DNA of 14,725 nucleotides from Paraspadella gotoi (taxonomy: Eukaryota > Animalia > Chaetognatha). This document shows, in pieces, positions 9,276 to 14,725 of this stretch. The position numbers and the translations under genes are program-made. The DNA lies in contig CM119263.1 in the NCBI GenBank assembly GCA_051294375.1, positions 28,319,569 through 28,334,293 on the forward strand. The letters are read 5' to 3'. The notes beneath the pieces are model-generated. The model had not been told where the DNA came from and did not search any database. It saw only the letters and a list, made by a program, of their open reading frames with translations. How positions within the stretch are numbered: the stretch's first letter is position 1; each line of letters begins with the position of its first letter.

Positions 9276-9324
9276 TGATGAACGGTTGGTGGATTTTAGT
9301 CCCTCAATATTGTCAGGCACTCAC

Positions 9325-10040
9325 TTATATCATCGAATTATGATAAATTATGCAAAAAAAACGATGTCCATCTGTCTGTCTGTCCGTCCGTCCGTCGGTC
9401 CCACCTAAGCAAAAAACCCCAATTACTCGTGATTTGATGGAAGGATTGGAGTGAAATTTTGTGTGTGGGTAGGGAAGTGTGTGATTGAGCTGTATATGAA
9501 GTTTCGATGGAATCGTCCGAGTGGAAATGAGTTTAAATGGAAAAAAACATAAAAATATATTTTACTATTTGAACACCAATTACTTAAGAGTGGATGAGGC
9601 GATTGACTTGAAATTTTGTATTTTGGTAGAAAAGTGTGTGATTAAACTGGAAATTAAGTTTTTATGGAATTGTTTGAGTGGAAATGAGTTTAAATGGAAA
9701 AAACAAAGAACCTATTTCACTAATTGATTATGCTTCTTTTTATTTTAAATGTAAATGCAAGATGTATTAATTAATCAAATAATTAATCAGTTAATTAATC
9801 AATTAGTTAATTAATTAATCAATAATTAATTAATCAGTCAATTAATCAATCAAAACAAACATTTTGGATCAAATTAATTAATTAATTGCCTAATTAATTA
9901 AATAATTAATTTGAATAAATTAATTATTATTTAATTAAATAATAAATTAACTTGAATTAATTATTACTTAATTATTAATTAATTAATTACCGATAATGAT
10001 CGTGGGCAGATCCGACATTGTTTGCTCAAACTTGTTTTTT
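9325..10040 (+). mobile_element. DINE-1/HINE-like non-autonomous Helentron (rolling-circle) element
   Basis: 5' short hairpin TATCAT..ATGATA (9328-9345), GTCY microsatellite (9366-9396), two 157-bp internal tandem units (starting 9419 and 9576), an ATTA-rich tract, and a 3' hairpin TGGGCAGA/TTTGCTCA (10003-10028, with G-T pairs) followed by CTTG and a T run. Confidence 0.6.
9765..9990. repeat. (TAAT/ATTA)n low-complexity tract
   Basis: Nearly pure A/T sequence with a 4-bp period. Confidence 0.9.
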
Positions 10041-10192
10041 CCTGATTGAAATCAATGAAACTTATAAACAAATTTTAAGAAATTGAAGTAATTTTAATAT
10101 GAAATTTAAAGATTCTTATTCGTTTTATTGTTTATTTATGTAATATTTTAATGTACTATAGCGCTTTTAATCAATCTCTTCTCCGTCTTCAG

Positions 10193-10279
10193 CTAAAGGA
10201 ATACGATTTGAAATTCCACGAAATCGAAATGGCGGAAGCGGAGGATGCTTTAAAAGACGGGAGACCCGCTTCCTTCAAG
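10193..10279 (+). CDS. Putative exon B of the acidic-protein gene (LKEYDLKFHEIEMAEAEDALKDGRPASFK); alternatively a Tigger/CENP-B HTH fragment
   Basis: Acceptor TCTCTTCTCCGTCTTCAG ending at 10192; 87 nt, phase 0 at both ends if the non-canonical donor AAG|GCGAGT is used. Read-through gives FKASRDWL, similar to the pogo/Tigger FKASxGWL motif. Confidence 0.5.
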
Positions 10280-10498
10280 GCGAGTCGTGATTGGCTAGAA
10301 TTATTGTGAGAACCGACCCATGAGATCTGAGATACGGCCTTTCGTTCCAGTTTTCCAGACCGTTCTGTTTAAAACATTAATTGCTTCGTAATGTACATAA
10401 ACTTGAAAATATTAATGAGGCATTTTGGGCAACTCTTTGTTTGTTTATTGCTCTTGTACATAACGATGTCAATCTTAAATTATTTCCTAAACCAACAG

Positions 10499-10723
10499 GA
10501 TTTCACGGTCGGCAAATTGGTCAACGACATTTGGGAAATGTTTTATGACTATGAAGAAGACGAGGACGAAGACGACGATCAATATGAGGAGGATGACGAC
10601 AATGAAGACGACGACGATGAAGAGGATGACGACGACGACGAAGAAGATGACGATGATGAGGACGAGGAAGAAGAGGAGGATATAATGGATTTTTTTAACG
10701 GAATAATTAAATTAGTTGGTTGA
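10499..10723 (+). CDS. Putative terminal exon encoding a very acidic Asp/Glu tract (DFTVGKLVNDIWEMFYDYEEDED...DIMDFFNGIIKLVG*)
   Basis: Acceptor TTTCCTAAACCAACAG ending at 10498, in frame with ORF 10391-10723. The D/E codons are mixed (GAC/GAT/GAA/GAG), as expected for a coding tract rather than a pure microsatellite. Confidence 0.6.
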   Translation, partial: DFTVGKLVNDIWEMFYDYEEDEDEDDDQYEEDDDNEDDDDEEDDDDDEEDDDDEDEEEEEDIMDFFNGIIKLVG

Positions 10724-11943
10724 ATTAAATCCGAAGAATCGTACATCATTAGTTTTCGTTCTCTTGTCCTTCCTATAAATTGACAATAGGCTTCTCTACC
10801 TGTCGCTGAACCATACCAAAGTTCACTTTCAAAACAAAAGTCCTCTATCTACCATTCTGTTTTGTTTGAAAGACGGTAAAATTGTTACAACTAATATACT
10901 ATACGTACTAATTTGAACTTTCATAATTTTTTCAACTTGCATCATTTTACATTTACATATTGCATCATAATACAAGGAGCTGAATTTTATGAAATTGGTA
11001 CAACCAATATAAAAATAATCCATTCATTTAATAACTAAGCCTTCTTGCCCCTGACTTTGGACAGGCTTTGGTGGTTTAAGGCCTCTATCAATCTTACAAG
11101 ATAATGACATATATTAGGTTAAAATTTCAAAATAGGAATTTTTGGAATTTAAAACCGGATTTGAATATTTTGCAAAAATTTTATAGTTCTTTTATCAACT
11201 TTTTATGAATAATCTGAATCTGTCTTCGAAATTTAAATTTTCACATTGTCTAGAGGTAGTAATGCATACCAAATAAGCTGACTGAGATATTACAAAATTT
11301 AAAAAAATAAAAACAGATTAGTATTCACCAAAATAAATACAGATTAGTATTTACCCATTGTATAGTTTTCAAGATTTTATTGCAAAATTTTGATTCCAAT
11401 TCACCCATATGATCATGTCAAAAGGAGACGGAGATGGTGACGGTAAAAACAAGGGACTTTGAACTTAATTCAGAACTGACAAAAACAATGTCTTTTTCAA
11501 ATTTCAAGATATAAGAAAGGATAAAAATAAATAAAAATCAATTCTTTTTATGGGGGTCATCTCGCCTGGTCAAATGTGGTGTTCACGCCAGATCGAGTAT
11601 TTTAAATATACTTCTTCCCAAGTCGATTCTAAGAAGCTGCTCCGAGCTTTAGATCTTATGACAATTTGAAAATCTTATTAAATTTGACGGTTGACCTCAT
11701 GAGAAAAGTGAAATCGATCTCATGCGGGAAAGATAAACAAGTATTATTAAATTAATGCGTATAATTATTAACAATCAATAGATTAGAGTAATATTACATA
11801 GGGTATAGCATAAAAAGTTTACTTTAAAAAATGTTAATTTTTATATCATCCTCTTCCTTAATCCTTTCCTCTGTTTCCGGGTTTCATTCTTCTGTGATGA
11901 TATATTTTCATAAATTAAAATAAGAACGAAAATTAAAATGTCA

Positions 11944-12682
11944 TGTTGCGCCGCAGTGACTTTGTTATCCCGTGTATTTCCGTGGATTTTTAATACTTAC
12001 TGCGCCGCCTTCAGGAAATTTTAAAACTATAAAGAATAAAAGGCGATGCAGTGCAATATAAAGTTTGGGCCTTTTCAATCATTGATGCCCCCTTGCCGTA
12101 TGATGGAGCAGTGAATCTCTCTAGCTCTCTCTCTGGCTGGATGACTTAGAGTCAGGATCGGGTTTGACTAATACGATGACGATAATTTGAACGATGTATT
12201 AATTGTTTAGGGTTTCGGTTAGGGATAAGGTTAGTTTAGGCGATAGATATTAGGGATTAGGGTTGGAATTAGGATTAGGGATTAGGGTTGTGATAAGGGT
12301 TAGGGATCAGGGTTAGGATAAGGGTCATTTTTCCCGACGCTACTTTTGCAACAATAAAATTCTGACTTGCTGGGTGACTCAGCAAGAGAAAGAATTAAGC
12401 CTCCGTCAGGATCGGGATCAACAGAAAAAAGGACAATAATTTGAACGATGGAGGAAGCAGTTGTGACGGTGAGAGAGATGACAAAAGGAGTGACTCATAA
12501 AATGATGATGGAAGTAGCAAAAGATACAATTTTTGTGCGTGTGTTTGAGTCCACTGCTTTAGGAGCCGCAGCAAGGGGGCTTCTTTGAAAAAAAGTGCCC
12601 AAGTTTGTTTGTTATACATAAATGTCCTAGTCATGTGATCACAGGGAAATACACGTTAAAAGAAAGTCACTGTGGCGCAACA
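11944..12682. mobile_element. MITE / non-autonomous DNA transposon with ~38-bp imperfect TIRs
   Basis: TGTTGCGCCGCAGTGACTTTGTTATCCCGTGTATTTCC (11944-11981) is an inverted match to 12645-12682, with weaker inverted similarity at ~11996-12014 vs ~12557-12575. No clear TSD; superfamily unknown. Confidence 0.7.
12207..12324 (+). repeat. Degenerate (TTAGGG)n-like interstitial array inside the MITE
   Basis: Repeated TTAGGG, TTAGGGA, TAAGGG and TCAGGG variants. Confidence 0.8.
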
Positions 12683-13629
12683 CATTGGATGGACCGATCT
12701 TCTTTCTTTTGACATATATTTTTTTCTCGTCCCATTCTATGTCGATTCTATGAGAAAATTAAATAAAAACCGTTCCTATGTTGTTGTGAGGTCGATAGTG
12801 GATGTGGCGATACGTATCCTTCATTTTTTCCCAAGATAATTGATCAACCAGCGAAACTTCATGTTTATCGTAGAAATATATCTAGTTAGGAAGCCGCTAT
12901 AGAAAAAGAAGCCAGTGACTTTTTTCTTATATTTTTATATCGATAGATGTGGAATGACGGAATATTGTAAATCTCAAGTTTCGCTTTAATCGGACCTCAC
13001 ATTGTGGAGAAATCTTAGGAAACCCATCAAAATTCCACCCCTTTTTTTCAACATTCTCGCCTTTTAAGATTTTCGCCGATTCTGACTTCCTCTTACAAAC
13101 TTATAATTCCGCTAGTTAATTTTTTTTTTCTTAAACGAGCGAAGGGAATCCACAACTTTCTGTTATTTTATGATTTCTGGGTAAAAAATATAATAAATTA
13201 CATTAACATTGGGATATTATGAAAGTATAATGTCTTGTGAAGCCTGTGAGAGTTAAATAATTAAAAAATTCGCCTATTTTATTATTGAAAAATGACAGTA
13301 AAGTGAAGAAGTTGAATGTCTTCCGGCTCATTTCAGTAAACATCCCTGTTCTCTAGCATAAAATAATGTTTACTTTTTGCTGGTGGAAAAGAAAGATAAA
13401 TACTTAGGCTGTGATGGGGTGAATAATATTTTGTAGAATTTTGTAAGCATGCTTGTAAAATCAGACAAGCAAATATTTAAGTGACAAAAAATTCACATTT
13501 TCTTTATCCAAAAAACTTTAAAGTTTTACTAGAGTACAATTTAGCCTTTTTTCTTTCAGAATCATTAAAAAGAATTAAATTTTCATTTATTCTTATGGGG
13601 TGTCATTAGTTTTAAAATTCATTATAATT

Positions 13630-13656
13630 TTGACTTAGTTTGACATTCACCCTGTA
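13630..13656 (-). mobile_element. Possible single Tc1/mariner-type terminus (TA-CAGGGTG)
   Basis: CACCCTG-TA at 13648-13656; no partner TIR was found in the window. Confidence 0.3.
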
Positions 13657-13880
13657 AGGAGGTTTCAGCATAAGTAATTCTAAAATTGTATCTTGTATGT
13701 GCCCTATGATTATGGCTTCATTTTGGTACTATTACCATCCCTTTATCTTTATTCCTTCAAAAGATATTAGGAAAAATCAGTTTTTTTCTCAACCTTCCTT
13801 TTAATTTCTTTTTAAATAAAAATTTCGTGATTCAAACCGGACTATTTCATTTAAACCTGATCATTTATGTCAAAATCATT

Positions 13881-14209
13881 ATAAAATGAAAAAAGAAAAA
13901 TAGGACAAGCTCTTCAGACACAAAGCTATCAGAATCGCGAAATTCGAAGTCGCTCATGTAACAGGAACATATAGCAATCCCGTTTGCAATTTTAAGTTTG
14001 TAAACTTTCCCTTTCATTTCTATAGTAAAAATGAGGTTTGAAAATTCTCCGGAGATGAGTAGTGCATTTCCCCTGGCTTGTTTGATATTAAATCCTTTAT
14101 CAAATGCCATAAAATGAATAGGACAAGCTCTTCAGATGTAACGCTCTCGGAATCGTGTGTTTTTACAAGTGTTTTTTAACCGAATTTCTGACAAACGCGT
14201 TTGCAATTT
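13881..14209. repeat. Diverged direct duplication (period ~218 bp)
   Basis: TAGGACAAGCTCTTCAGA at 13901 and 14119; both copies later contain CGTTTGCAATTT. Confidence 0.7.
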
Positions 14210-14725
14210 GGGTAGTCAGATTGAACGGAATTCTCTATTAGAAAAATGTTGAATTTTTTTTTAAGCGAGATTCTCGTCTAATCTAGTGGAAACACTGAGA
14301 AAGTGGGGTACAGTACTTATCTTTCTCACTCCTCTCCCCATTCCCTCTCTTTCTTATGAAAATCAAAATCAAACTTTGTTAATCTCTCAAACAACGAAAA
14401 AGAAAGGATAATTACCATGAAAAATCTACCTAAAATGTTCATAAAAATTTAAACAATTTTTTTTTCTCGGTAAAACTAGATTTTCAAGAAAAAAATATTT
14501 TTTTAAAGGTAAGCTAAAATTCTATGACAAAATTTTTAACTTAAAACTGATTCTTTACAGTAAGCTCAATTTCTACTTCTTATATTTAATTCTTCTTTTG
14601 ATGCAAGTACGTACTTGAAGTTGTATCACTAATAAGTCTAAAATAAACTGGATTAAAAAAATTAAAAACAGTAAGCCGTTTTTTAAAGACATCGGCGTTG
14701 AACAAACTCCATCATCACATCCCGT

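Larger units (their letters stand above)
8673..9306 (-). mobile_element. TRIM #2 with a 73-nt tRNA-like cassette in each LTR (Helenus/TRIMp3-like)
   Basis: Direct repeats 8673-8894 and 9075-~9306, both starting TGAAGAGAC on + and ending in CA. On the minus strand, PBS TGGTGAGCCCGAC (9061-9073) lies 1 nt after the 5' LTR and PPT GGGAGGGGGGA (8895-8905) abuts the 3' LTR. The internal region is ~180 bp and non-coding. Flanks GTAT/ATAT give a 3/4 match as a 4-bp TSD; the right end is uncertain within 9306-9310. Confidence 0.85.

Noticed and set aside
9243-9290. Hammerhead-like arrangement GAAA...CTC-CGGC/GCCG-CTGATGA in the LTR (retrozyme idea)
   Set aside because: Stem II does not pair, stem III has only 2 bp, and the other LTR has GAAT instead of GAAA. 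The segment is better explained as the antisense of the tRNA-like cassette.
10391-10498. Hydrophobic signal-like N-terminus of the 110-aa ORF
   Set aside because: AT/T-rich sequence ending in a good splice acceptor; more likely intron read-through, though a single-exon secreted acidic peptide is not fully excluded.

Overview
AT-rich eukaryotic (most likely invertebrate) genomic DNA, rich in repeats and showing CpG decay. It contains one clear intronless gene (934-3843, minus strand) encoding an N-terminal ZZ-like zinc finger, a long His/Asp hexapeptide repeat, a coiled coil and a C-terminal Mind-bomb/IAP-type RING. Two different miniature LTR retroelements (TRIMs; ~10-698 on +, 8673-~9306 on -) each carry a tRNA-like Pol III cassette inside their LTRs and share the same primer-binding core, TGGTGAGCCC; these are the most striking feature. 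Also present: a decayed MULE/SWIM transposase (5764-7189, minus), a probable three-exon acidic-protein gene (8448-10723, plus) whose large intron holds the second TRIM and a DINE-1/HINE-like element, a TIR-bounded MITE with a degenerate TTAGGG array, and several microsatellites and local duplications. All family assignments come from motifs read by eye; no searches were run.
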